Shown: positions 46,952-56,996 of the stretch, in pieces
Numbering within the stretch: the stretch's first letter is position 1
How the letters are laid out: every line of letters starts with the position of its first letter
Virus record (IMG/VR): IMGVR_UViG_3300009514_000374
Location: 32,001-96,000 of that record
Reading direction: 5' to 3' (one strand)
DNA: 64,000 bases
DNA from: a virus
The notes under the pieces: model-generated
Seen by the model: the letters and a program-made list of their open reading frames with translations, nothing else
What the model was told of the DNA's origin: nothing
Database searches by the model: none
Translations under genes and position numbers: made by a program

Positions 46952-48894
46952 CCGCCAAGCTGCCGACCGACGAGAACACCCCGGACATGGGGTCCAGCTT
47001 TCTTCTGGACACCTTCGATTTCGCCGATGAAATGAACGAGGGCGTTCTCGACGGAGCCGCGCAGCCGGAAGCCTACGGGCTCTCGGGACTCCCTGACGGT
47101 GTGGTGACGAGCGAGGGACACGAGGACCTTGACGTTCCCGATTTCTTGCAAGACACCGAGGAAGGAATGGACCTCGGAGAGCTTGGGATGCTTGCCAGTG
47201 TTTCTGGGCTCCCCCAAGACGAGGACTCTGAGGATCGAGCCCATCAGGACAATGTATCCAACGTGGTCGATTTCTCCTGGCTGGAGGACACCCATCAGGA
47301 TCCCGGCCGTCTCCCCAACCTCAACACGACAACCGTGATCCCCGAGCTTGTTGAGGCATGGGGCACGCGCACCGATGGGATTGAGCGTGTTCCGATGCAG
47401 GAGCACTCGGCAAGCGTCGAGCCCAAAAAGGCTTCCAACGCGGACCTCCGCCGGGTGCTGGCTCGTGCGATGCGTCGTTCGGCCTATGGCGACAACATGG
47501 ACGAGATCAAGGTGGAGATCGTCCGTGACCTCGGCCACGAGGCGAAGCGTGTTGCCAAGGCAGTGAAGGCCATGGAGGCTGAGCACGGCCTGGTCGGCAA
47601 CGTCTACATCCGTGCGACTGCGTTCCCTGGTATCGACCAGGCCAAGTGGGCCAAGCACGTCAAGGCCAAGTGCCCAAATGCCCGTTACCTGATTGCGTGT
47701 GGCTCGTGCGATGCGTGCAAGGGCGGGTGCCCCAAGGACTGTGCCTGCAATCGTTCGCTCGGCCTCAAGGCGGTCGCCAGCGTTCCGTGGGACAAGGCTT
47801 ACGACCACTACGCCCCGCAGTTGGAGATCACGGGTCGGCTCGATCGCATGGCGACCGTGATGGACAAGCGCCTGTCACTCCGCCAAGCGTTCCTGTCTCC
47901 AACCCGAGATACCAGCGCGAAGATCTACGACGAGCGGCCGATCCACAAGACCCCGGTTGAGCGCGTCACGATGGCCGAGGCCAAGGCCGAGTTCGCTGCT
48001 GCGCAACCGGAGGCCCGAGAGGTCGTTCGCCAAGCTGAGCGAGCCCACGCGGCCAAGGTCAAGAAGGTCCAAGCCAAGCTCGGCCAGTGGGTCAAGGCCA
48101 GTCTGCTTTCGGCGGACGAGGCCAAGAAGCTGCTCACCGCTTCCGCGAAGCAGCCCGAGGCGGTTCTGAAAGCTGCGAGCCGTGTCATCACTGCCCGTAA
48201 GAAGCAGGCGTCTTACCAAGGCGACGGCAAGCACTACGACCCCCGCGTGTCGGCGAAGGCCGCCTTCGCTGAGCTTCGGGAGGCCGCACAAGCGCCCGAG
48301 GATCCGGCCTTCCCCAAGCTGGCTGGCGAAACGCTCCACGAGGCCCAAAAGATGATCCGGTACGCCCGTCAGGCGATGTCGGAAGGCTTCATGGGCAAGG
48401 ATCTGAAAGACCTGCTCGCGGGTCGGTTCAGCAAGAAGCTCCGCAAGGCTGCCAAGGAGCAGCTTGTCCAGATCCGCAAGCAACACGAGGGCCTGTCGGG
48501 TGTCGCGTATGTGGACACGGCGGCCTACGCCTCCAAGACGGGAGCGACGGGTTGTGAGCAGGGCGCGGCGAAGCACCGCGCCAACGCCATCCCAACCGCC
48601 CTGGAGATGGATCGGTGTGCCTCGTGCGTGTACCGCAACCAGGACAACCGCTGCCAAAAGTACAACAAGCCGCTCGTCGCTTCCGCTCCCGTGAAGGACG
48701 AGAAAAAGTACCAAGCGGAGCAGATTCGTTTGGCGGACGCGCCCGACCAAGAGGTCACGGCGTCGATGTTCAGCCCGAGTGAATTCGATCTGACCAACAA
48801 CAACTTGGAGGATTTCTCCATCCAAGATGCGCCTGCGCTGGACGACCTCGCCGAGTACACGTTCGGGGGCACGATCATGCACGACGAGGGGTAA
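46948..48894 (+). CDS. protein with two Cys-rich repeats and acidic ends
   Basis: EHGLVGNVYI...Cys cluster and HEGLSGVAYV...Cys cluster. Confidence 0.7.
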   Translation: MTAKLPTDENTPDMGSSFLLDTFDFADEMNEGVLDGAAQPEAYGLSGLPDGVVTSEGHEDLDVPDFLQDTEEGMDLGELGMLASVSGLPQDEDSEDRAHQDNVSNVVDFSWLEDTHQDPGRLPNLNTTTVIPELVEAWGTRTDGIERVPMQEHSASVEPKKASNADLRRVLARAMRRSAYGDNMDEIKVEIVRDLGHEAKRVAKAVKAMEAEHGLVGNVYIRATAFPGIDQAKWAKHVKAKCPNARYLIACGSCDACKGGCPKDCACNRSLGLKAVASVPWDKAYDHYAPQLEITGRLDRMATVMDKRLSLRQAFLSPTRDTSAKIYDERPIHKTPVERVTMAEAKAEFAAAQPEAREVVRQAERAHAAKVKKVQAKLGQWVKASLLSADEAKKLLTASAKQPEAVLKAASRVITARKKQASYQGDGKHYDPRVSAKAAFAELREAAQAPEDPAFPKLAGETLHEAQKMIRYARQAMSEGFMGKDLKDLLAGRFSKKLRKAAKEQLVQIRKQHEGLSGVAYVDTAAYASKTGATGCEQGAAKHRANAIPTALEMDRCASCVYRNQDNRCQKYNKPLVASAPVKDEKKYQAEQIRLADAPDQEVTASMFSPSEFDLTNNNLEDFSIQDAPALDDLAEYTFGGTIMHDEG

Positions 48895-48897
48895 ACC

Positions 48898-49227
48898 GTG
48901 TCTCTACGCAAGAAACTGATTCGACTCGCTCACCAGAAACCTGAGCTTCGCCCTCACTTGCTGCCGCTGCTCAAGACGGCGATGTACGGCAAGGCGTGGA
49001 TCACGAATTTCAACCGGGCCACGAACATGCTGTGGGTCGGCGTGCAGGGCTACGACGGCATGGTTCGGATGTCGATCAGTGGATCGGGCATGGTCACGTC
49101 GCATGGGCGCCATCCCTCACAGGTGTCTCACAAAGCGCACCAGATCGTTTCCAAGTTTCGGAATGAAGGATTCCCTCGCATTCCACCGCACGGCCACTGG
49201 CCGCCCGAGGTGAAGCCGGACAAATGA
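48898..49227 (+). CDS. LIRLAH-tagged small protein
   Basis: MSLRKKLIRLAHQKPELRPHLLPLLKTA + ~80-aa domain. Confidence 0.75.
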   Translation: MSLRKKLIRLAHQKPELRPHLLPLLKTAMYGKAWITNFNRATNMLWVGVQGYDGMVRMSISGSGMVTSHGRHPSQVSHKAHQIVSKFRNEGFPRIPPHGHWPPEVKPDK

Positions 49228-50519
49228 CCAAGCAGGCATATTGGGAAGGGGTAGACCCCCTTCCCGGCGGCAACATGGACGAGGGCGACATCCACACTTG
49301 TCGGTCCCTGCTTGTCGATGTGCTCGCGTGCCTACGTGCTCAGTCGTGGAACTACCAGACGGCTCACTGGCAGACGGCCGGTGTGCCTGCCTACGGCAAC
49401 CACCTGCTCTTTGAGCGCCTCTACAAATCGGTTCAAGACGAGATCGATACGCTTGCGGAGAAGCTCGTTGGCTACTTTGGCCTCCATGCTGTTGACCCAT
49501 GCGACGTGATGGACAGGGCTCACAAGCTCGTCAAGCAGTGGAAGGCGTATTCGACCTGCCATGTCGAGCGTGGGCTCCACGCCGAGGAACATTTCCAATC
49601 GGGCGTGTCCAATGCGTACCACCAGATCAAGCAGAAGGGGCGCATGACCCTCGGGCTTGACGATTTTCTGATGGCGGCTGCGAACAACCACGAGTCGCAC
49701 ACGTACCTGCTCCAGCAGCTTCTCGTGGACATAAACAAGCTCAACGACGCCTACAAGGAGATGGGCGAGGCTCCGTACAAGGACATGACTCCGCCGTACA
49801 AGACGGCCACGCTGGAGGACGGCGTGGACTGGAGTGCGTGGAAGGGCCTCGATGGCAAGTGGAACATCGAGGGCGATGTGACCGCCGCTGAGTTGGAGCG
49901 CGTTGAGGGATTGATCAAGGCCGACCTTTCCGAAAAGTGCGGCACGCCGCACGGCGGGTGGGGTGGTGAGATGTCCTCGATGGAAAAATCGTGGGGAGGC
50001 TTCTCGTCCTTTCGTCCGGTGCGCCGTGGAGAGCGCGAGGATCAGATCCCTGGCGGTCTTGGCGACAAGGCCAAGACGGACGATTTTGATATTGAGCAAG
50101 TGCTGAAAGGAGTCGATGTCGAGCTTGAGCACACGACCGACCCTGACATCGCCCTGGAGATCGCACTTGATCATCTCACCGAGCACGACGACTACTACAC
50201 GCGACTGGAGAAGGTAGAGAAGCACGCGGCCATTGGTGACCGTGCTGCACCCTCTGTCGAATACTTGTTCCGCGACGATCCCAAGCGCTACGAGTTGACG
50301 GAATTCGTCAAATCGAAAGCCGTGACCAACCTCGACAATGACCCGGCGACACCGCCAACGCCCGTAGAGATCAAGGACGAGCCCGGAGGTAAGGCTCTCT
50401 CTACTTTGCATCGGTACGTGGTCGATACCGAGGAACCCGCTGCTAAGGATGCAGAGGGCATCGAGGAACACCCACCCCTGTCCGATTTCAAGGACTGGAC
50501 GACCGTGAGAGAGAAATAA
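49224..50519 (+). CDS. Dps/ferritin-like domain fused to a DUF5661-like domain
   Basis: AHW..AG.....H.LFE.LY......D.LAE Dps motif; G.DVELEH...IALDHL.E..DYY.RL. Confidence 0.7.
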   Translation: MTKQAYWEGVDPLPGGNMDEGDIHTCRSLLVDVLACLRAQSWNYQTAHWQTAGVPAYGNHLLFERLYKSVQDEIDTLAEKLVGYFGLHAVDPCDVMDRAHKLVKQWKAYSTCHVERGLHAEEHFQSGVSNAYHQIKQKGRMTLGLDDFLMAAANNHESHTYLLQQLLVDINKLNDAYKEMGEAPYKDMTPPYKTATLEDGVDWSAWKGLDGKWNIEGDVTAAELERVEGLIKADLSEKCGTPHGGWGGEMSSMEKSWGGFSSFRPVRRGEREDQIPGGLGDKAKTDDFDIEQVLKGVDVELEHTTDPDIALEIALDHLTEHDDYYTRLEKVEKHAAIGDRAAPSVEYLFRDDPKRYELTEFVKSKAVTNLDNDPATPPTPVEIKDEPGGKALSTLHRYVVDTEEPAAKDAEGIEEHPPLSDFKDWTTVREK

Positions 50520-51098
50520 ATGTCCGTTGAAAAGCTATTTCCAAGCATCCATGCTCGCGGTGGCGCACAGCCCCCTTTCACGATCCTCGTCGCCAACCTG
50601 ACCTCGCCGGGCGACCCGAGTGTGGGTCGCAACCCCGTGCGGGCTCGTAACGGGTTCCGGCAGCAGAACACAACCCCTGTGGGCCATGCTCCGCATGGCA
50701 CGGTGGTTGGAGCGCGTACCGGGACACTGCTCGGCGGCGCCTTCACTCGTAGCGGGGGCACTGTCACGATCGCCAGCGACGATTTCACTGTCCCGGCCGA
50801 GGTACTGGTCGGCCCGTTCGTACTCGTGACTGACGAGGATTTCGATGCGGATGGCCTTGGGGTCAACGTCGTGGCAACCAATCTTGCGGCGGCCATTGAT
50901 GCCCTGCCTGGCTACAATGCCGTCGCGGCTCTCGCTGTCGTCACGGTGACGGGGCCGCTTGGCGCCAAGATCGATCCGATCGCACAGCGTTGGCAGTTCC
51001 GCACGTTTGGTGCGGTTGCCAACTTTACCACCATCACGCCTGACGGCGGGTTCCTGACGGGAGGGCTGCCCGAGCCGAGGGCGATGGAGATTCTGTGA
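50520..51098 (+). CDS. virion structural protein
   Basis: ATNLAAAID module like that in 43456-45108. Confidence 0.55.
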   Translation: MSVEKLFPSIHARGGAQPPFTILVANLTSPGDPSVGRNPVRARNGFRQQNTTPVGHAPHGTVVGARTGTLLGGAFTRSGGTVTIASDDFTVPAEVLVGPFVLVTDEDFDADGLGVNVVATNLAAAIDALPGYNAVAALAVVTVTGPLGAKIDPIAQRWQFRTFGAVANFTTITPDGGFLTGGLPEPRAMEIL

Positions 51099-51647
51099 AT
51101 GCTTCCGCCGTGGGTTCGACCTCCCGATGCTTCTTGGACGGAGAAGCAGGTAGCCAAGGCGATCCTTCGGCATCTCAGTCCCGATCTGCTGCACAAGGAT
51201 TGGGGGCCAGGCGGCAAGCACTACAAGCCAGGGCGGCACGAGCATTTCGGGTACTGCAACGTCGCCAGTCAAGCCTTCTACTGGCTGATGGGTGCCCGCG
51301 AGGCGGGCTACAAGGCCATGCGGGTGAAGCACGAGGGAGGCACCCATTGGTGGATCCAGTCTCCCAAAGGCAAGGTCTGGGATCTGACCAAAGAGCAATT
51401 CACGACCCCTGTGCCTTACGCCCAAGGGCGTGCGGCGGGGTTCCCCGGCCGAGGGTATTTCCCGACCCTCGCTGCCAAGAAACTGATTGAGAAGGCTCGG
51501 GCCGACCTGGAGAGACGAGGCAAAAAAGCTATGAAAGACCTACGCAAGAACCTGATCCGCCTCGCGCATTCCAAGCCCGAGCTTCGCGCTGATCTGCTTC
51601 CGTTGATCACGGCTGCCGACCCGACCAAATCAAAGATGGTGCGCTGA
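51099..51647 (+). CDS. papain/transglutaminase-like Cys-His-Asp protein with C-terminal LIRLAH tag
   Basis: GYC.VAS, THWW, WDLT..QF; MKDLRKNLIRLAHSKPELRADLLPLI. Confidence 0.65.
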   Translation: MLPPWVRPPDASWTEKQVAKAILRHLSPDLLHKDWGPGGKHYKPGRHEHFGYCNVASQAFYWLMGAREAGYKAMRVKHEGGTHWWIQSPKGKVWDLTKEQFTTPVPYAQGRAAGFPGRGYFPTLAAKKLIEKARADLERRGKKAMKDLRKNLIRLAHSKPELRADLLPLITAADPTKSKMVR

Positions 51648-52342
51648 TGGAAACGAAGAAACTAGAACGCGACGAGCTACTGCGCCTGATCCCGAATGGG
51701 GCTAAGCGTGTTGCGGTCGTGGATGAATTGGGCAAGGAAAAGTGGCGCAAGGTTGACGAGGTTTTGGACACGGACCTGATCCAATTCAAGGCCGGGAAGC
51801 CTCGCACGATGAAGCGCGACCCTGGTCGCAAGAAGGATCCGACCGCCGCACCGGCCGTGAGCGAGCACGTCGAGGGGTTGATCAAGGCCAAGTACAAGGC
51901 GTTGGACGAGGACCCGCTCACGACGGTCATCGGACGTGACCCCGAGTCGATCGACGTGCTTCACGAGGTCATGCGGGGCATCGCGCAAGAGTCTGCATCG
52001 CTGGAGTTTGAGCGCAAAGAGGCCGAGCGGAAGGGCGAGGACACGCGCCAGGTTTCCGTGAGCCGTCTGCAAGCCCTCAAGGCCGTGGGCGACACCTGGA
52101 TCAAGCGCGCCGAACAGCTACAGGCCAAGGGCGTGAACCTGAGCAGTCCTGAATTCAAGTTGCTGTTCGGATTCATCGTCCGCACGTTCCGTGAGGTCAT
52201 GGTCGATGCCGGCCTTCGACGTGAGAACATTGACCGGATCTTCTCCCTGCTTTCGCAACGCCTGGAGGACGAAACGTGGGAGGACGAGGCCCGTGCTGCG
52301 ATGCGCGGCCAAGCCCGACCTGATGGGGTAGTGGAGCACTAA
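51647..52342 (+). CDS. probable terminase small subunit
   Basis: Helical 231-aa ORF immediately upstream of terL (assigned by position only). Confidence 0.45.
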   Translation: METKKLERDELLRLIPNGAKRVAVVDELGKEKWRKVDEVLDTDLIQFKAGKPRTMKRDPGRKKDPTAAPAVSEHVEGLIKAKYKALDEDPLTTVIGRDPESIDVLHEVMRGIAQESASLEFERKEAERKGEDTRQVSVSRLQALKAVGDTWIKRAEQLQAKGVNLSSPEFKLLFGFIVRTFREVMVDAGLRRENIDRIFSLLSQRLEDETWEDEARAAMRGQARPDGVVEH

Positions 52343-52343
52343 G

Positions 52344-54380
52344 ATGGGCCTTGGGCTTGGGAACATTGTCCTCGATGAAGGGCGCGATGCTGACAGCACC
52401 GCCGAAATCGCGGACATTATCACCTTCATCGAATCGGATTGGGGACTCGGCCAAACGCTGTTCCCGGTTCAGAAGGTGATCCTCAAGGCCCACTACGGCA
52501 TCCCTTTGGACGACGTGCCCGAGGGTATGGACGAGGGGCAGCTTGAGCTACTGGAGCACCACAAGTTGCTCAAGCTCGCGCAGGTCGAGAACCCTCTCAT
52601 TGACCCTACGGCCAACGAGAAATACCTGATCCGCTACATCCTGCGGAAACACATCCACGTCACGGATTTCCGCAAGCATCCCATCCCTGACGTGGCCGAG
52701 TGGATGTCCGAAGCCGAGTACCTTCGCCATCTGTACGCGGAAGGTCGGTCGAACATCGCCGAGGTAATCGAGGGGCAGGAGCGCCGGGAGATGATCCTGA
52801 GCGTTGGCCGTCGCTCGGGTAAGACGACCATCTCAGCCTGCATCGCTGCCTACGAGACATACAAGCTGCTCTCCAAGGGCAACCCACAGCAGTTCTATGG
52901 TCTGCCGGATGGCAACACGATCCAGTTGATCTCGGTCGCTACGGACAAGGACCAGGCGGGTCTGCTCTACCGCGACGTTGCCAAGTATTTCGCGCAGTGT
53001 GAATTCTTCCGCACCTATCAAGCCAACGCCACGCAGTCCTTTGCTCGTTTCCAGACGCCCTCGGACATCGAGCGTCACGGCCGGTACGCGGACAATCCTA
53101 ACGCTTCGGCCGCCTCGATCAACGTCACCTTCCGGTCTTGTATCGCTAAGGGACTCCGTGGTGCTGGTAACATCGTGATCATTCTTGACGAGGTTGCCCA
53201 CTTTACGGACGGCGGGCAGTCCTCGGCCGACGAGGTGTACCAAGCGGTCAAGCCCTCGCTGGCTGCCTTCACTGAAAAGAACCCCTACAACAAGGCCGAG
53301 CCCATCGGACCCGTCGAAGGACGGATGATCCTGATCTCGTCGCCGCTTGGCCGTCAGGGCAAATTCTACGAGCAGTTCCAGATCGCCATGAGAGGCGGCA
53401 AGGCGTCGCAGACGATGCTCGCCATCGAGGCACCAACGTGGGAGGTCAACCCGACCATCCCGGCTGAGTTCTTTGAGTCGGAGTACGTGAAGGACACCAA
53501 CATGTTCTTTACGGAGTACGGCGGCAAGTTCTCCGACCGTACTCTCGGCTGGATCGAGGACGCCCGCGACCTGCTCAACTGCGTGGACCCCAACCTCAAG
53601 CCTCGGACCCGTGGCCTTCCCCGTGCGCCCTATTTCATCGGGCTCGACGTTGGCCTCGTGAACGACGGCACGGCGGTTGCCATCGGCCACATTGAGCAGG
53701 AGAAGATCGTTCTCGACTACATCGATCAGATCAAGGCGGGCGAGGGCGAGTACGCCAACTACGAGCGCCTGGAATTTGAGGACGTGTCAAAATGGATCCA
53801 CGACCTCTCGCGGAAATTCCTGATCGATGAAGGCATGTTCGACCAGTGGGCGGGTATTCCGTTGGAGCAGGCGTTGCTCAAGAAGGGCCTGAAACAGATC
53901 AAGGCCACGCACTTTACTCAGGTGCTCAACAGCCAGGTCTTTCGGAATTTCAAGGACATGCTGTTCGACAGCCGCCTCGTTCTGTACGACTACACGGACG
54001 AGCAACGCGAGAAGCTGCGTGACAAAGAGGGCAAGGCACCGGACCACATGCCCTACTTGACCGAGCTATTGACGCTCCAGGCTGACTACCGGAGCAAGTA
54101 CGTCGTGAACGTGTCCGCGCCGAACATCGCCGGGGCACACGACGACCTTTCCGACGCGCTTGTACGCATGGTTTGGCTCGCCAGCCAAAAGCTCTCCAAC
54201 CGGGCGTACATCGCTGGACGGGGCCGACAGACCGGGCCGAACCGGCATCGGATCTCGGCGGGCAAGCAGCGGAAACAGATCCTCGCCTCCAAGAAGGGGG
54301 GCAGCATGGAGCAGCGGCAGCTACGTCGTGTAGGCCGGCAAGGTTTCATGCCTGTTCGTGGTGGAAGGCTCAAGGGGTGA
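52344..54380 (+). CDS. terL: terminase large subunit
   Basis: Q motif, GRRSGKT, IILDE, ISSP, IGLDVG, FDQW, HDDLSDA. Confidence 0.92.
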   Translation: MGLGLGNIVLDEGRDADSTAEIADIITFIESDWGLGQTLFPVQKVILKAHYGIPLDDVPEGMDEGQLELLEHHKLLKLAQVENPLIDPTANEKYLIRYILRKHIHVTDFRKHPIPDVAEWMSEAEYLRHLYAEGRSNIAEVIEGQERREMILSVGRRSGKTTISACIAAYETYKLLSKGNPQQFYGLPDGNTIQLISVATDKDQAGLLYRDVAKYFAQCEFFRTYQANATQSFARFQTPSDIERHGRYADNPNASAASINVTFRSCIAKGLRGAGNIVIILDEVAHFTDGGQSSADEVYQAVKPSLAAFTEKNPYNKAEPIGPVEGRMILISSPLGRQGKFYEQFQIAMRGGKASQTMLAIEAPTWEVNPTIPAEFFESEYVKDTNMFFTEYGGKFSDRTLGWIEDARDLLNCVDPNLKPRTRGLPRAPYFIGLDVGLVNDGTAVAIGHIEQEKIVLDYIDQIKAGEGEYANYERLEFEDVSKWIHDLSRKFLIDEGMFDQWAGIPLEQALLKKGLKQIKATHFTQVLNSQVFRNFKDMLFDSRLVLYDYTDEQREKLRDKEGKAPDHMPYLTELLTLQADYRSKYVVNVSAPNIAGAHDDLSDALVRMVWLASQKLSNRAYIAGRGRQTGPNRHRISAGKQRKQILASKKGGSMEQRQLRRVGRQGFMPVRGGRLKG

Positions 54381-54381
54381 G

Positions 54382-54630
54382 ATGTCGAAAAGCATCCAAC
54401 CCGATGATCCAGTCCGGGCGGACTACCGAATGATCAAGACCTTGCTGGACGGCAAGAAGGTCCAGCATCTCCCCCACGAGTACGACCATGTTCTCAAGGT
54501 CTTTGGTCGGATGGGTGGTTCGTGGGAGGCAGTGTTTCGGGGGTCCGTTGCCCAGACCGCTCTCCTGAAACGAATCCTCAAGGTAGGGATCAAGAAGGGC
54601 TACATCTCCAAGGCTCCCAAGTGGGGGTAG
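54382..54630 (+). CDS. hypothetical protein
   Basis: ORF between terL and portal. Confidence 0.6.
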   Translation: MSKSIQPDDPVRADYRMIKTLLDGKKVQHLPHEYDHVLKVFGRMGGSWEAVFRGSVAQTALLKRILKVGIKKGYISKAPKWG

Positions 54631-54642
54631 AGTGCAGGGCCG

Positions 54643-54987
54643 ATGCCGAAAGGACCGCAGACCGAGGAACGTGCTGAGCGTCAGGCGAGGGACCAGGAGA
54701 TCCGTCTTGCCGCGCAGGCACGGGAAAACATCGAGATGCACAAAGCGGCTGACGCGCATCTCGACGTGGCTGCGGCGGCGCTACGCAACGCCCTAAGATC
54801 GCTCCAGAACGTCCGTGTGGCGCGTCGTACTGCGGAAGGCCAGGTGCTCAAACGCAAGCTCAGGGCCGTTGAGCAGGCTGCTGCGGCTCTCAAGCCCATC
54901 GGAAGGGATGCTGGCCGGGTTCGGGCGACCGGGCCGGACTATTCCGACCCCGATTTGTCTATGGGAGGGCCAGGGGTGAATGGCTAA
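54643..54987 (+). CDS. hypothetical helical protein
   Basis: ORF overlapping the portal start. Confidence 0.6.
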   Translation: MPKGPQTEERAERQARDQEIRLAAQARENIEMHKAADAHLDVAAAALRNALRSLQNVRVARRTAEGQVLKRKLRAVEQAAAALKPIGRDAGRVRATGPDYSDPDLSMGGPGVNG

Positions 54988-56980
54988 GAAACGCCAAAAG
55001 CGGCGTCGAAAGACCGCTCCACGGCGCTATATCGCCGGATCGGGGGACATCCCCAAGAACGAGGACGCCCAAACGGTTGCCAGCGTGCCGGACAAGCATA
55101 AGCGGCCTCAGTTGTCGGTTGGCAAGCCGCAGCCGATCGTCCTTGGGTCGATGCGATCCAAGGTGGCGAATATCGGCGCAGGCGGATCGGGTTTCGGGGG
55201 CGGTGGGATCGGAGGACCCGGATCGGGTAACACGGGTGCTTTCGGATCCGGGCTTGGTTCGGTTGGCGGCTCGGCGATCGGAAGCGGCGGGAATTTCTAC
55301 TCGCCCGAGCTTTCGACCGATTTCCTTGAGCTACCGCAGAGCCTAGACGAGCAGCGTAACTACTTTCGGTTTTTCTACCGCGCTGACCCGTTCGTCGGGC
55401 AGGCGATGGACATTCACCGCGAGCTTCCGCTGTCGAAGATCCGGCTTGGTCGCCCCGAGGCCAAGGACAAGGATCTTGCTCAGCAGTCGCTCGATTTCTG
55501 CAAGCGGTGGACGAAGATCGTTGGGCTGCTCCAACGGCTGTCGGAAGGGCTGCACGAGTACAACGTCATTGGCGAAACGCACTGGTTCATCGAGGACGAC
55601 AACCCCGATATGCCGGAGGACGTTCGATACGAGATCAAGAACATTCTCCACGAGGATGGCAACTTGGAGGAGACCAAGGAGCTTTGGCCGGACGCGGACG
55701 AGCGCGCCTCCGCGTGGATGAAAAAGAACTACAAGGGGTGGACGCAGGTTCGCATCCTTCCGCCTGAGCAGATTCACATGGACTCGTTCCCGATGTCGGA
55801 CGAGATCCTGGTATCGCTCATTCCCGACTCCAAGACTAAGAGTGTGATCGAGCAGGCCGACCAGGGTGACCAGCGTGCGGTCAAGGTCATGGAGTCGATG
55901 CCGCCTGACATCGTGATGGCGGTGCGGCACGGCGAGAACGTCCCGCTCAATACGGACCCAGACGCAGGGTCGTTCTACTACTACATGGCGAACAAGGTGA
56001 GCCAGTACGAGCCGCGAGGGCACTCTCGGCTTGAACGGTGTATCCGTACCCTCGTCTACAAGGACAAGCTGCGCCAGGCGCAGACCTCCATCTCGTCGCG
56101 GCACATGACGCCTATCCGGCTCGTGTACGCCGAGAACATGAACGAAGCGGACACCGAGGCGCTGCGTGATCAGATCGACCTCGCGCTCCAAGACCCCGAC
56201 TACTCGATCGTCACCAACTTTCAGGTGACGTGGGAGGAAATGACGCCGCAAGGGCGTCTGCTGGAGCTTTCGTCCGAGTACGACCTGATCAACCGGGAGC
56301 TTTATGCGGGTCTTGGAGTGACAGAGAGCCTGCTCTCAGGTGAGTCGAGCTACAGCGGCGATCGGATCAACCTGGAGGTGATCAACGTCCGCTACATGCT
56401 CGTCCGTGAGTTCCTACAGGATTTCGTGGAGAAGAACCTGTTTGAGCCGATGTGTCGGCGCATGGGGTTCATCGAGACGGACGATTGGGGCAACGATGTC
56501 GTCGTTTGCCCGAAGCTCTCGTTCACGAGGCTGGCCCTCCGCGACAACCAGGACGTGTACGACGCCCTGTTCAACCTCTACCAGAAGGGCTCGTTGCCGA
56601 TTAGCGTGATCTACGACCTGCTCAACGTGGATGGGGAGGGTGCGACCGAGGAATTGCAACGCGATTTCGCCACGTTCAAGGACCCCACCTACAACGAGGT
56701 ACTGCGTGGCCTGTACTCGCAGGCGGGGACCAAGCTCGGCGACCAGTCGAATTTCGTGGAGAAGCAGGCCGAATACCTCGGACTGGACTACAAAGAGGAA
56801 GCCGAGGGGATGCAGCGGTTCGGATCGCAACAGGCGCCCTCGCAGCCCCAAGGTCAGCCCGCCGGGATGGACGTGTTGGCTTCTCTCGTGGCTGAGCGGA
56901 TCGCCGGCCAGGTCGCCGATTTGGTCGCCGACAAGATCGTGGAAAAGCTACAAAAGCGGTCTCCTGAGAGCACCGAGTAG
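54980..56980 (+). CDS. portal protein
   Basis: FY..DP.V..A.D, RG.S.L, LYAGLGV...L.G...YS, size and position after terL. Confidence 0.8.
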   Translation: MAKKRQKRRRKTAPRRYIAGSGDIPKNEDAQTVASVPDKHKRPQLSVGKPQPIVLGSMRSKVANIGAGGSGFGGGGIGGPGSGNTGAFGSGLGSVGGSAIGSGGNFYSPELSTDFLELPQSLDEQRNYFRFFYRADPFVGQAMDIHRELPLSKIRLGRPEAKDKDLAQQSLDFCKRWTKIVGLLQRLSEGLHEYNVIGETHWFIEDDNPDMPEDVRYEIKNILHEDGNLEETKELWPDADERASAWMKKNYKGWTQVRILPPEQIHMDSFPMSDEILVSLIPDSKTKSVIEQADQGDQRAVKVMESMPPDIVMAVRHGENVPLNTDPDAGSFYYYMANKVSQYEPRGHSRLERCIRTLVYKDKLRQAQTSISSRHMTPIRLVYAENMNEADTEALRDQIDLALQDPDYSIVTNFQVTWEEMTPQGRLLELSSEYDLINRELYAGLGVTESLLSGESSYSGDRINLEVINVRYMLVREFLQDFVEKNLFEPMCRRMGFIETDDWGNDVVVCPKLSFTRLALRDNQDVYDALFNLYQKGSLPISVIYDLLNVDGEGATEELQRDFATFKDPTYNEVLRGLYSQAGTKLGDQSNFVEKQAEYLGLDYKEEAEGMQRFGSQQAPSQPQGQPAGMDVLASLVAERIAGQVADLVADKIVEKLQKRSPESTE

Positions 56981-56996
56981 TCCCTTCGTAATCCGC

